A stretch of 64,000 bases of DNA from Candidatus Latescibacterota bacterium (GTDB taxonomy: Bacteria > Krumholzibacteriota > Krumholzibacteriia > WVZY01), in assembly GCA_963791045.1 (NCBI GenBank), contig CAWBQK010000011.1, positions 160,001-224,000 of the forward strand, written 5' to 3'. Under the pieces are notes generated by a model. The model made no database searches, was not told the origin of the DNA, and saw nothing but the letters and a program-made list of their open reading frames with translations. Numbering within the stretch: position 1 is the stretch's first letter; every line of letters starts with the position of its first letter. This document shows, piece by piece, positions 54,358-64,000 of the stretch. The translations under genes were made by a program, and so were the position numbers.

Positions 54358-55056
54358 TTAAAGTTGAGCGATCGAACACTGTATAAATGCATAGACAGCG
54401 TGTCCGGCCGCGCAAACCGCTATGCATTGGAGATATCCGCCGGGCGCGTACAGACAGAGATAAGCACAGCTGATTCCGCCCGCGACCATGCGTTCGCTGA
54501 TGCACCGAAGCCACTGTCGCCATGAGATTCTCGCTGCCGCCGGATCGATGTCAGCGGTGCACGCGGTTGAAGGCGGCCCGCTCAAGCCGATCCATACGTC
54601 ATCGCCGATCTGTTCGAAATCATTCCCAGGCGCCTCTTTTGAAAAGGTCAGCGTGACGGGAACGACGACTTTTCTATCGATGCCGTGGAGACAGAAGAGA
54701 TATACCGCGTCGTGGCTGGGATCTGTCGTGTTCTCCATGACGAGTGTCGTAATCTTTACTTCTCCACCGCCATCTCTTTCGCCTTCGACATAGAAGGAGT
54801 ACTCGGGCGTCAGTGTATACCCCGCTTTTTCGAAGCTTTCGATTTCGGCGGTGACCGCGGGGTCGGTCAGAGCGTCTTCGAGCGATTGAATTGTGTGCGG
54901 GTTCTTCGAGTCGAAGAACGCTGCGGTTATCCCATCCTCCTCGGTTACAATGTCCGGTGTTTTTGTGACGGCAGGTCTCACCGTCGACGTGTCCCGCTCG
55001 TTGCAAGCGAAACACAAAAACATCACTGGTAGAAACATCCACACGAACCGTTTCAT
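54358..55056 (-). CDS. Lipoprotein with C-terminal six-Cys hydrophobic bacteriocin-like domain
   Basis: Lipobox CFAC; acidic body; tail C-X11-C-X3-C-X9-C-X3-C-X11-C; SD gaggagga. Confidence 0.7.
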   Translation of the reverse strand: MKRFVWMFLPVMFLCFACNERDTSTVRPAVTKTPDIVTEEDGITAAFFDSKNPHTIQSLEDALTDPAVTAEIESFEKAGYTLTPEYSFYVEGERDGGGEVKITTLVMENTTDPSHDAVYLFCLHGIDRKVVVPVTLTFSKEAPGNDFEQIGDDVWIGLSGPPSTACTADIDPAAARISWRQWLRCISERMVAGGISCAYLCLYAPGGYLQCIAVCAAGHAVYAFIQCSIAQL

Positions 55057-55477
55057 CACATCCTCCTCACGTCATCGTGTTGGTTCGTCCCGTGCGTCCA
55101 GGTTTTTGGCGCCCGTATGGTCATCGCCGCGGGTCCTGGGCCGCGAAAGGTGTGCCCGGGCGAGCGCAGCAACACGCTTCGTGCAGTCAGGGGGACTTGC
55201 ACAGGGAAGGTTCAGTCGCCCGGGCAGTCTCGTCATTACGACGACATGTGTATACGCATGATGAGTGCCACTCGGAGGGATGTTGTATTCTGTTGGTAGA
55301 TAGGTGGTTGCGCGGATGGCGTTGATTTCAATGGAAATAGTGCGCGATGGAGCCAGCGGCGGGGAGCGTGTATACTCGTAGAGTAATCGCGATTGAAGCC
55401 TGTTGTCTGATTTCACCGAGTGTCGACTTATTGACACCTTTTGGAGCAGCGCCGACAAACCGAAAGGATGGGCTCTT

Positions 55478-56899
55478 TTGAACCGCTTTTTACTCCTACT
55501 CGTTGTTATTGTGTGTTTGCGCGCGGGGGCGGCAGCCGCGGCGACCGTTCCGCAGCCGCCCGAAGAGGACAACCAGGAATACGTGCTCGATATCGTAACC
55601 AACCAATACAACCGGTTGTGGCGCGAGACGTGGGATGCCGGGGACAACAGGTTTCGTTTTCGACTTGGGAGCAACAATGTTGCCCAGTGGTTTCTCGAGG
55701 AGGAGTTGAAGGTCGCCGTTCAGCTCCACCAGCGGCTTCGGTTTCGCTTCTATCACGCACGGCTGGATCGTTTCTCGACCGAGAGGATTCCGTGGGATGT
55801 CCTCGAATTCGAGGGGCAGGTGTACGGCAGAAACTATCTTTCCTTTTATGCGCGGCCCACTTTTGACAAGCGCGATGGCTCGCTCGGGTTCATGTATCAA
55901 CACCGGCGCGCGGTCAACCAGTACATCAAAGTGTCCGTCGAGTGGCCGGGTTTTATGCGAAATTATTCCGAGCATCATCGCAACACCTCGGACAGTCTTT
56001 TGAATGTGTACACCGATAAACCCATCCGGTTCGCGTTCGACCTGCGTGAGAAGATCATTCCCAATGTGTGGGTGCGTGCGCGCGGCGAGCTGGTGCCGTC
56101 GTTCGAAATGGGCGAAGAAGTGACGGCCACCGGTGTCACGTATCCCAAAGAGCGGGCGGAAGCGAAGGCGATCGAGGGGTGGGTGGAATATATTGTCGAT
56201 CCGTCGCGTGAAGTGCGAGATCAGACGGCGGTCGGTATCAGCGGATTGTACAGAAGAACGCGAAAATCAAAAGACCCCCAGAGCGATACGTCATGGTTCG
56301 ACAATGGTGTTGTGTGGAATGAATCGTCGCCCGGGTCGCAAGGGACGCCTGGCGCTTCCGGATCTGAGCGGGGGGCTCTGCGGCCATTTGCCGTACCGGA
56401 GACCGAGTTCGATCCCGATCTATTCGAGCGGACCGATGACGATACAGTTCAGGCGTGGAGGGAAACATGGTGGTTCGTGTCGGCGTACGCGTGGGTTCCC
56501 GTGACCGATCGGATCACCCTTCGCGGGACGCTCCGGTTCGAGGACCGCAACATTAGTGTCGGCAATGACATGGCACAGACTTTTTCGACGACGAGCGAAT
56601 ACGTCGTGCCGCTGTTGGCCGCACGGTATGGGCTGGGTGAGCGGAGGCAGTATCAGATCGAGGCGGGGTATGCGTCCGAGTTTCGGACGCGGACGGATGA
56701 GTGGATCGAATCCCCAGACACGCAGGAGACCATTGCCAAGGACGACTTCGACGACCACCGGATCTTCGTCGGTTTCGAGTACGTTTTCGGGGAGACCAAC
56801 ATGATCCGGTTTATCGAGGCGTTCGAACTCGATGCCGAGGATCGTGGGGATTTCAAAATCCACGACCACGGTTTTTTTCAGTTAATTGTCGGGTTCTAA
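55478..56899 (+). CDS. Putative outer membrane beta-barrel protein
   Basis: Signal peptide from the TTG at 55478, alternating amphipathic strands, and a terminal FFQLIVGF beta-signal. Confidence 0.65.
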   Translation: MNRFLLLLVVIVCLRAGAAAAATVPQPPEEDNQEYVLDIVTNQYNRLWRETWDAGDNRFRFRLGSNNVAQWFLEEELKVAVQLHQRLRFRFYHARLDRFSTERIPWDVLEFEGQVYGRNYLSFYARPTFDKRDGSLGFMYQHRRAVNQYIKVSVEWPGFMRNYSEHHRNTSDSLLNVYTDKPIRFAFDLREKIIPNVWVRARGELVPSFEMGEEVTATGVTYPKERAEAKAIEGWVEYIVDPSREVRDQTAVGISGLYRRTRKSKDPQSDTSWFDNGVVWNESSPGSQGTPGASGSERGALRPFAVPETEFDPDLFERTDDDTVQAWRETWWFVSAYAWVPVTDRITLRGTLRFEDRNISVGNDMAQTFSTTSEYVVPLLAARYGLGERRQYQIEAGYASEFRTRTDEWIESPDTQETIAKDDFDDHRIFVGFEYVFGETNMIRFIEAFELDAEDRGDFKIHDHGFFQLIVGF

Positions 56900-56928
56900 C
56901 GATTTGTTGAATCGGCAGGGGGATTGAT

Positions 56929-59124
56929 ATGCGCTCCGACAAGAAGTGGCTTGTTCTGATCACAGCCGTCGCTTTGACGATGGTGTCCCTGTCGTGTGGC
57001 GACTCGCCGACGGATTCGAAACTCCCACCGGAAAACCCGTCGGGAGGCTCGGGAAATTTTCACGCGAGACGCGACTTCACCGTGGGGATGGATCCGGCGT
57101 CGGTCTTTATGTGCGATTTGAACGGCGACGGCAGGAATGATATCGTGACGGCGAACTCCACATCCGAGGATGTTTCGGTCCTCCTCAACAACGGCGCCGG
57201 AGTATTCGAACCGGCAATTGAATACGAAGCCGGAAACGCCCCCGGTTCAGTGTATGCGTGCGATCTCGATGGCGACGGCGACAATGACCTTGCCGTGGGA
57301 AATCCCGCGTCCGGCACCGTGTCGATTCTTCTTAACGACGGCGGCGGTTCGTTCTCCGCCTCGGTTCAATATCCGAGCGGCGGCGAGACCGTGTCGATTT
57401 GTGTGGCGGACCTGGACGGCGACGGGGATGCCGACCTTGCGGTGGTGAACCACGATATCAATAGTGTGTCGGTTTTGAAAAACAATGGGGACGGCTCGTT
57501 TGGTGCGGCATCGCCCCATGGGGTCGGAGACAGGCCGAGATCGATTCACTTTTGTGATTTCGATGGGGATGGCGACAATGACCTTGCGGTGGCGAACGGC
57601 ACTTCTAACACCGTGTCGATTTTAAAAAACAACGGGGACGGCGTCTTCGACGCCCGCGCGGATTTTATGGTGGGAACGTCGCCGCGATCTGTGCACGCGG
57701 ATGATTTCGATGGGGACGGCGATTGCGATCTGGTCGTGGCCAATGACAGCTCGAACGATGTGTCGGTGCTACTGAATCGCGGCGATGGTCACTTCGGTTC
57801 TGCGGTGAACTACGCGGCTGGATTCCTGCCTTTTGCCGTCACATCCGGAGATATTGACGGCGATGGATACAGCGACCTGGCCGTCGCGAATGGGGGTTCC
57901 GGTACCGTCTCGATCCTGTTCAACGACGGGCAGGGCGCATTCGGCGGCGTAGTGAAGTATGGGGCAGGCTACGGTCCTGTGTCGCTCAGCGCCGGTGATG
58001 TCAACGGGGACGACGCGGCGGATGTCGTGATCGCAAATTATTTATCAAATCATGTCTCGGTGCTCTTGAACCTCGGTGATGGGACATTTCTCACCGAAGC
58101 GGCTTACCGAACGGGTGACGGTCCCCATGCGGTTTATTCGTGTGACCTGGACGGGGACGGGGATTTAGACGTGGCTACGGCAAACTATCAAACGAGCGAC
58201 GTGTCCGTCATGTTTAATAACGGCGATGGAACTCTTGGAGCGGCCTCGGCATATGCGACTGGCAACGGCCCGTATTCGATTTTCAGCGCCGATCTCGATG
58301 GCGATGGCGACAACGATCTGGCGACCGCGAATTTTGATTTCCACAACGCATCCGTTCTGCTCAACCAGGGCGATGGCGCATTCGGCGCGGCCGTTCACTA
58401 TGCCACAGGTCCGTCGGCACACGATGTGTATGCTTGTGATCTCGATGGTGACGGCGATAACGATCTTGCCGTGGCGAATTTCGGCGACGGAAACGTGTCG
58501 ATTTTGATCAACCGCGGTGACGGAACCTTTGTGGATGCGGTGAACTACACAACAGGAAATTCATCGATATCGGTTTGTGCAGGCGATTTCGACAAAGATG
58601 GGGATTATGATCTCGCCGTAGCGAACACCGCATCCGGTGACGTTTCCGTTCTCTTCAATAACGGTGACGCCACTTTTGCCGCGGCGGTTAGCTACCAGGC
58701 GGGCGGAGATCCTTATGGCGTGTATTGCGCCGATCTTGACGGTGATGGGAATGTGGACCTGGCGGTTGCGAACGCGGCGTCGGCCGACGTCTCCGTTTTT
58801 TTGAACGATGGCGGCGGTGTGTTTTCCTCCGCGGTCAATTATCCTGCCGGTGGAGTGCCTCTCACATCGATCTTCGCATCCGATGTGGATGGTGACGGCC
58901 GATCCGACCTGATTTTAGGAAATTATTTTGCGTTCGACGTGTCCGTTCTGTTGAACGAGGGTCAGGGGACGTTCGGCGCCGCGACTTATTTCGGTGCGCG
59001 CGACCGGCCCAGGTCGGTCTTCGCCTGCGATCTCGATGGTGACGGCGACAACGACGTGCTGACGACGAACTATGGTTCGGGCAGTGTCTCGGTCTTAATG
59101 AACACGTCGGATGCGGCACGATAA
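56929..59124 (+). CDS. FG-GAP/VCBS repeat lipoprotein (14 repeats)
   Basis: Lipobox SLSC; fourteen ~50-aa DLDGDGD.DLAVAN..S..VSVL.N.GDG.F repeats. Confidence 0.9.
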   Translation: MRSDKKWLVLITAVALTMVSLSCGDSPTDSKLPPENPSGGSGNFHARRDFTVGMDPASVFMCDLNGDGRNDIVTANSTSEDVSVLLNNGAGVFEPAIEYEAGNAPGSVYACDLDGDGDNDLAVGNPASGTVSILLNDGGGSFSASVQYPSGGETVSICVADLDGDGDADLAVVNHDINSVSVLKNNGDGSFGAASPHGVGDRPRSIHFCDFDGDGDNDLAVANGTSNTVSILKNNGDGVFDARADFMVGTSPRSVHADDFDGDGDCDLVVANDSSNDVSVLLNRGDGHFGSAVNYAAGFLPFAVTSGDIDGDGYSDLAVANGGSGTVSILFNDGQGAFGGVVKYGAGYGPVSLSAGDVNGDDAADVVIANYLSNHVSVLLNLGDGTFLTEAAYRTGDGPHAVYSCDLDGDGDLDVATANYQTSDVSVMFNNGDGTLGAASAYATGNGPYSIFSADLDGDGDNDLATANFDFHNASVLLNQGDGAFGAAVHYATGPSAHDVYACDLDGDGDNDLAVANFGDGNVSILINRGDGTFVDAVNYTTGNSSISVCAGDFDKDGDYDLAVANTASGDVSVLFNNGDATFAAAVSYQAGGDPYGVYCADLDGDGNVDLAVANAASADVSVFLNDGGGVFSSAVNYPAGGVPLTSIFASDVDGDGRSDLILGNYFAFDVSVLLNEGQGTFGAATYFGARDRPRSVFACDLDGDGDNDVLTTNYGSGSVSVLMNTSDAAR

Positions 59125-59229
59125 GGGGATTTGACATCGAATTAGTTTCGTTTCGGTTGTATAGTGAAAGTGGCCGACGAATCATTGAGACAGTCCTTCC
59201 GGATTTTGATTAGATTTGATGGATCGTAA

Positions 59230-62200
59230 GTGATGGCGTCTCCAACCCCTGATTTTCCCCGATACGAAGTGCTCACGCCCCTGGGCGAGGGCGCGGTAGC
59301 GACCGTATTCAAGGTGCGTTCGTCGAAAGACGGCTCCATCCGGGCGCTCAAGGCGCTCAAGCCGGAGCAGGCCGAGACGGAACGGGCCATCGCGCGCTTC
59401 GAAGACGAGTACAGGATTCTGAGCAATCTCCATCATCCCAGCCTCCCAGATGTTAACGATTATGGTGTGGCGCCGGACGGCACGCGGTTCATCGTCATGG
59501 AATATCTCGAGGGCGAGCCGCTCGACGAGTATCTCGCCGCGCATCCCGAGGATTTCTGGACGCTTCTTTTTCAGATGAATGAGGCGCTCGCATTCATCCA
59601 CGAACACGATCTTCTTCATCTCGATCTCAAGCCGGGGAATATCCTCGTCCGTAGAAGCCGCGCGTTTGGCGAGCGCGAGATGCCGCTCGTCATGCTCATC
59701 GACTTTGGGCTCAGCTACCGCCGTGAGTCCGGCGGCAAGGTCAAGCTCGTCGGAACGCCGGGGTACATGTCGCCCGAAGTTATTCGTGGAGAGGAGAACA
59801 TTACCCGCGCCGCCGATTATTACTCGCTCGGTGTCATTCTCTACGAACTTACCGAAGGCCGGCTGCCTTTTGCCGGAAGCATGCATGACATCCTCCGCGC
59901 GCATCTCACTCGCAAGGTGACCTTCGAGGCGAGGAAGGTCGAGTTTGCGGAGCTTGTTCCCTGGATCGAGAATCTCATGGCCAAAGAGCCGCAGGCGCGG
60001 CTGGCGGCATTTCAAGATTATCAGCGGACGATGGCGGCACGGATGGGGGATGACGCGGCCGAGATGGAGCGGGTGTTTGCGCTTGGTTACATCGATTCGC
60101 TCGGACTTGTGGGAAAGGAAGAGGCGTGGGACGAGCTCCGAACCTGGGCGGAAAAGCTCGCCGCCGCTGTTGAGTCGCGATCGACGGGTGTGCCGGCGGG
60201 TTCCGGTGAGGCCGCCGTGGCGGTACCGGATCTTGATGTCCCGGATCCCGACAGTGTTTTGAAGGGAAGCGTCACCGATCTCGAAAAACGGATCCAGGAG
60301 GATCTGCTCGCGAGTGCTGCCGTTCGCGAGAAAACCGAGGGCCCTATTGCGGAAATCCCCCGTGTGTTGGCCGTGTCCGGGCCGCCCGAGAGTGGGAAGA
60401 CCCACGTGCTCGACACGCTTGCGACGGAGATTCGGGTTCGAGGGATGCAGGTATTGCGGCTCGGTGAAGATAGTGACTACCCCACCATCGTTGGGGACGC
60501 GGGGAAGAAATCACAGAAGCCTTCCAGTGCCGTCGATCCGGCGGCACTTACCACAGACCGGTTTGTCGCGGGGTGGGAGAAACTCGTGTCGCTTGCCGAG
60601 GGGGCCGGTGCTGTTCTCGTTGCTGACGACCTCACGCGGCTTAGCGGCGAGGAACGGGACTTTTTGGAGTACGTGGGCAAACGGCTTGGCCATGTCGTGT
60701 CCGAGGGGACCGAGCCCAATCTATTTATTATTTGCGTAGGGAAATCAAAACCCGTCCGAGAGGTTCTTCGACCAGCGTTGATAGGTGATGGCGCGTTTGC
60801 GTCGATCGAGGTCCCGCCGCCCGGGACCGATGATGTCGAGGCAATCTCCGAGAGGTTCCGCGGGCATCTCTCCGGCCGCGCCGAGCAGCAGTCGCTCGAA
60901 GTGTTCCTGCGGAAACACCTCCAGTCGAGTACCGCACTATATGCGTCTTTGAAACAGGGAATATCCGAGGATGCGCTCGTACATCGGATTGGCAAGTGGG
61001 CATTTCACGAGAGCCGGGCGAGTGCGATCGAGCTCACCAAATCTTCCGTTGAATATTACGAGAGTCTTTTTGAAGAGCTTGCTGATAACGCCAAAGATCT
61101 TGTCGGTTGGCTTGCCTGTCATCCGCAGGCTCTGACTGTCGATGAGTTAGCCCAGGTGTCTGACCTGTCCGTGAGTCAAATCGTGGTCGCGAGCGAGGCA
61201 CTTCTGCCGTACCGGATCATCGATGTCGCGGATACCGACAAGGGTCGACGGATCGAGATGATCAGCGATCACGTCCGCGGTGGGATGTACAAAGCCCTTC
61301 GGAAAAAAGACCGGAATCGTATTCACAACCGGTACATCAGCTACTTTGGCGATCACGGAGATGACTCGATTGCCTACTTTGAAATGATGGCGCATCACTT
61401 CGCGAAGGTCCGCCGGGTTCGAGAATCACTCATCATGCAGGTACGTGCGGTGACGCGCGCGCGGCGGGATCGGGACGTATTCGCGCTCCGGCGGTTGTGT
61501 AAGGCCGGGATCGAGTATGTTCGCCGCCTCAGAAGCGCCGAGTGGAAAGACCACAAAGAGTCCATCGAAAGATACTTCATCAAGCAATGGATCAATGCCG
61601 AATGGATGGTGTCGAATTACAAAAATTTGATTGAAATTATTCAGCGAAACCGTGAAACAACTGGTGGGAACATCCCGATCGGTCATCGATATCGCTATGC
61701 AGTTGCGCTCGAACGAACTAATAAGCCACAATTGAGCGTAGAAATAGTTGAGGAGGGGCTCAAAGAACTTCGTGATTGGCCTTGTGAGACTTATCATCGA
61801 TTGTTGATTCAAAGAGCGAATATTCTAACAACTTTTGAACAGACAGATGATTCTTTGGGGATACTGGAGAAGGTCGATCTCACTTGTATTTCAACCGAAG
61901 ATCTCGCCCGTTACTACATCATAAAAATGATCAACTATGATAGAAGCGGAGAGCAAGAATCGTACGCAAAATATTTGGAGAAAGCTCGGGTTACATCCGA
62001 TCAACATGGGCATATTGAGCATCTTGTGAGGGCTCACTACAGCGAGGGACAGTCCTTGCTGAACCAATCTCGTTTTCAAGAAGCCAAGAGCATAATTGCT
62101 TCGTCTGTGAGGCTTGCGCACAAGACCCGCTATTATCGTGGGTTGTGCATTATGTACTTTTTGGGGAGTGCCGTGTTCTTTGAAGAGGGCAAATTCCAAC

Positions 62201-63090
62201 GAGCACTTTACTATTTAGATAAATCAATGAAGATAGCCGTAGACAACGGCTTGCTGACGGACGCGGATGAATTCGGTATCAGATATGCAATGATTTATCA
62301 GAACGTGGGTCTCTGGGGTGACGCTGTTAGTAGTTTAGAATCGATCAGAAAGCGTACGGATACAAGGGATGCCCTTGAACATCACTTTTATGCAACAGTC
62401 CTGTTGTTCAACATCTTGTCGTCTCTTAACTCTCGATTAATATCATCAGTCGCCGACCGACTTGAAACCATGATAGAGAGAATTAAAGCGCGCTACAGGG
62501 CTGCGGTATATTACCAAGTTCTTGGCGAGTTCTTGAAAACAAAGGATCGTCTTGACGAAGCGATCGGTGCCCTGGAGAAAGCCAAAGAGCTTTACGCGGC
62601 CATCGGATATAGTGACGATCTTGCCAGGACTGATATTGTCGTAGCAATGATCCGAATTGAACAACGCGAGTTCGATGAAGCCCGGAACATTATCGACCAT
62701 GTGGGGTCTCAAATTGGCGACATGGAGTCCAATAATGTGAGAGGGCAGTACTTATTAGTTGAGTTGCTGTATCATCAAGCTGCGAATACAAGTAAAACTG
62801 ATTTGTTCAGGTGGATAGGCCGCTGTGAAGATATCATGAATCAAGTGACCGAGATGGACCTGTTGATGAAACTCAATGCGAGCCTTTTTAGAGTTTTAGT
62901 AAAAGTGGGAGAGGTAGGGCGAGGACTAGAATATTTCCATCGTTACTATAGCCAAATGAGAAAAATTGTGTCTGGACTCCAGAGGAGTGAGTTAGTTGAC
63001 GATTTTAGCAATAGTCCAGAATTCTTAGGCTTGGTCGAAGAATATAGGGGGGTCACAAAAAACGGCCCAGGTCATTCATCTGGTGACTGA
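59230..63090 (+). CDS. Ser/Thr kinase - P-loop ATPase - TPR multidomain protein
   Basis: LGEGAVA, ALK, HLDLKPGN, DFG and GTPGYMSPE; Walker A GPPESGKT; Walker B-like LVADDL; helical TPR-like C-terminal ~550 aa. Confidence 0.85.
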   Translation: MMASPTPDFPRYEVLTPLGEGAVATVFKVRSSKDGSIRALKALKPEQAETERAIARFEDEYRILSNLHHPSLPDVNDYGVAPDGTRFIVMEYLEGEPLDEYLAAHPEDFWTLLFQMNEALAFIHEHDLLHLDLKPGNILVRRSRAFGEREMPLVMLIDFGLSYRRESGGKVKLVGTPGYMSPEVIRGEENITRAADYYSLGVILYELTEGRLPFAGSMHDILRAHLTRKVTFEARKVEFAELVPWIENLMAKEPQARLAAFQDYQRTMAARMGDDAAEMERVFALGYIDSLGLVGKEEAWDELRTWAEKLAAAVESRSTGVPAGSGEAAVAVPDLDVPDPDSVLKGSVTDLEKRIQEDLLASAAVREKTEGPIAEIPRVLAVSGPPESGKTHVLDTLATEIRVRGMQVLRLGEDSDYPTIVGDAGKKSQKPSSAVDPAALTTDRFVAGWEKLVSLAEGAGAVLVADDLTRLSGEERDFLEYVGKRLGHVVSEGTEPNLFIICVGKSKPVREVLRPALIGDGAFASIEVPPPGTDDVEAISERFRGHLSGRAEQQSLEVFLRKHLQSSTALYASLKQGISEDALVHRIGKWAFHESRASAIELTKSSVEYYESLFEELADNAKDLVGWLACHPQALTVDELAQVSDLSVSQIVVASEALLPYRIIDVADTDKGRRIEMISDHVRGGMYKALRKKDRNRIHNRYISYFGDHGDDSIAYFEMMAHHFAKVRRVRESLIMQVRAVTRARRDRDVFALRRLCKAGIEYVRRLRSAEWKDHKESIERYFIKQWINAEWMVSNYKNLIEIIQRNRETTGGNIPIGHRYRYAVALERTNKPQLSVEIVEEGLKELRDWPCETYHRLLIQRANILTTFEQTDDSLGILEKVDLTCISTEDLARYYIIKMINYDRSGEQESYAKYLEKARVTSDQHGHIEHLVRAHYSEGQSLLNQSRFQEAKSIIASSVRLAHKTRYYRGLCIMYFLGSAVFFEEGKFQRALYYLDKSMKIAVDNGLLTDADEFGIRYAMIYQNVGLWGDAVSSLESIRKRTDTRDALEHHFYATVLLFNILSSLNSRLISSVADRLETMIERIKARYRAAVYYQVLGEFLKTKDRLDEAIGALEKAKELYAAIGYSDDLARTDIVVAMIRIEQREFDEARNIIDHVGSQIGDMESNNVRGQYLLVELLYHQAANTSKTDLFRWIGRCEDIMNQVTEMDLLMKLNASLFRVLVKVGEVGRGLEYFHRYYSQMRKIVSGLQRSELVDDFSNSPEFLGLVEEYRGVTKNGPGHSSGD

Positions 63091-63100
63091 CCTGGGCGTT
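63061..63100. terminator. Hairpin between convergent genes, overlapping the kinase stop
   Basis: gcccaggtca...tgacctgggc stem with a flanking A-tract. Confidence 0.6.
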
Positions 63101-63134
63101 AGGTTAAGTTCATATGTTTATCTGGTTGAGCTAT

Positions 63135-63684
63135 CTAGCCGGCGATGTTGCCTCCGTACTTCGAAAAGTGGTGCAGCAAAGCTTTTGCCCGGTTTGGATG
63201 ATCGAAGGGAGATTCTCGATTCGTTCCCATCGTTCTGTCGAAGGGTTGTACCATTTGATCACGGTGACCACCCCTTTTTTTCGGCGGCTGTATTCTCCAA
63301 CTTCATTGTCATTATTACAGGCTCGTTGAAGTGAATGCCTTCGGGGCCGAACTCCACGACGAGATTCGATTTGTCGACCATGGCCATTGTGATGTAGGTG
63401 TCTTCATCCAACGCGCCAGGAGAAAAATCGAGTGTCACTCGTTCGTTGGAGATCGTCCCGCCTGACTCGGCGGAGATCAGAGATCCCTGCACTTTCACTT
63501 GGGAAAAAAGGGCCGGGTCACTGGGGGCAGATGCGATGCCGATGAAGTCCGGTTCAAACATGGCGCCTCCCGGACCGTCAACAGGCGCCAGCACTGAACC
63601 ATCCTCACAACCTATTGTGGCAAGAAGAAGGGTTAGGCAAGCAAGCAAGGCAAAGGATTTGAGTGTGTGACGGAAGCGGGACAT
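63135..63684 (-). CDS. Lipoprotein with ZU5-like domain ending in an HFS motif (frameshifts near 63275 and 63203)
   Basis: Lipobox TIGC; GGTIS..VTLDFSPGAL..D..I...EFGPEGIHFNEPV. The shifted frames continue TVIKWYNPSTERWE...AKALLHHFSKYGGNIAG*. Confidence 0.65.
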
Positions 63685-64000
63685 CTCTTCTACCCCCTAA
63701 GTTGACTTCCCAAAACGTCAGGCGATGAACAGTAAGGCAAGCGGGGGACCATGCTCACGCGTGGGCCAGCAGCCCAGTTGTTTTTTTGAAAAGTTGAATT
63801 GTCCAATGCCTAAGAGGGCGAGGTCTATGTGCTTGTGGTGAAACAGGTTAGGGCGCGGGTCGTCCCGTCTGTATGTCAGAGTTGGAATTGTCCAGCGGTG
63901 AAATACGAAGCCCGGGTTTAAAGCGAATTCTTTTGAGTTGGGGCTTGGAACGATTCCACGGATGTAGATGACCTGGAGTTTGATTTGTAACCCGTTAAAT

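Noticed and set aside
56990-59100. Periodic ~150-nt repeats as a CRISPR array or tandem DNA repeat
   Set aside because: They are degenerate protein-coding FG-GAP repeats within one intact ORF.

Overview
A GC-rich bacterial chromosomal window. Six secreted proteins end in a 'YPNPFN...GVYF...K(M/I/V)VL' FlgD-Ig/T9SS-type sorting domain, which suggests an FCB-superphylum lineage such as Krumholzibacteriota or Latescibacterota (inference). Many genes carry single-base frameshifts, densest at 16-21 kb and 25-38 kb; these look like long-read consensus errors rather than true pseudogenes. Contents in order: (1) a partial CTD protein with a degenerate zinc-protease motif; (2) nrnA, an mqnD remnant, udk, a cysteine desulfurase, cobO and an SDR; (3) a DUF222-like HNH nuclease behind a strand-skewed structured leader; (4) thrC and a second SDR; (5) three tandem ~1070-aa secreted paralogues with near-identical 3' ends; (6) a ccmE-F-x-x-A-B-C-D cytochrome c maturation operon; (7) a TolC-CusB-CusA metal efflux operon with a sigma54-type promoter and twin palindromic enhancers, plus a YHS-like lipoprotein and osmC; (8) a five-gene TPR-PEGA / ATPase-TM-PEGA / kinase-ATPase / two secreted beta-propeller cluster; (9) barrel-fused sppA and phhA; (10) a candidate sRNA and a lipoprotein with a symmetric six-cysteine bacteriocin-like tail plus a small membrane partner; (11) an outer-membrane barrel and an FG-GAP lipoprotein; (12) a kinase-ATPase-TPR protein whose C-terminal part is low-GC, and a ZU5-like HFS lipoprotein. 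No rRNA, tRNA or CRISPR array was seen. All family calls are motif recognition by eye; no database search was run.
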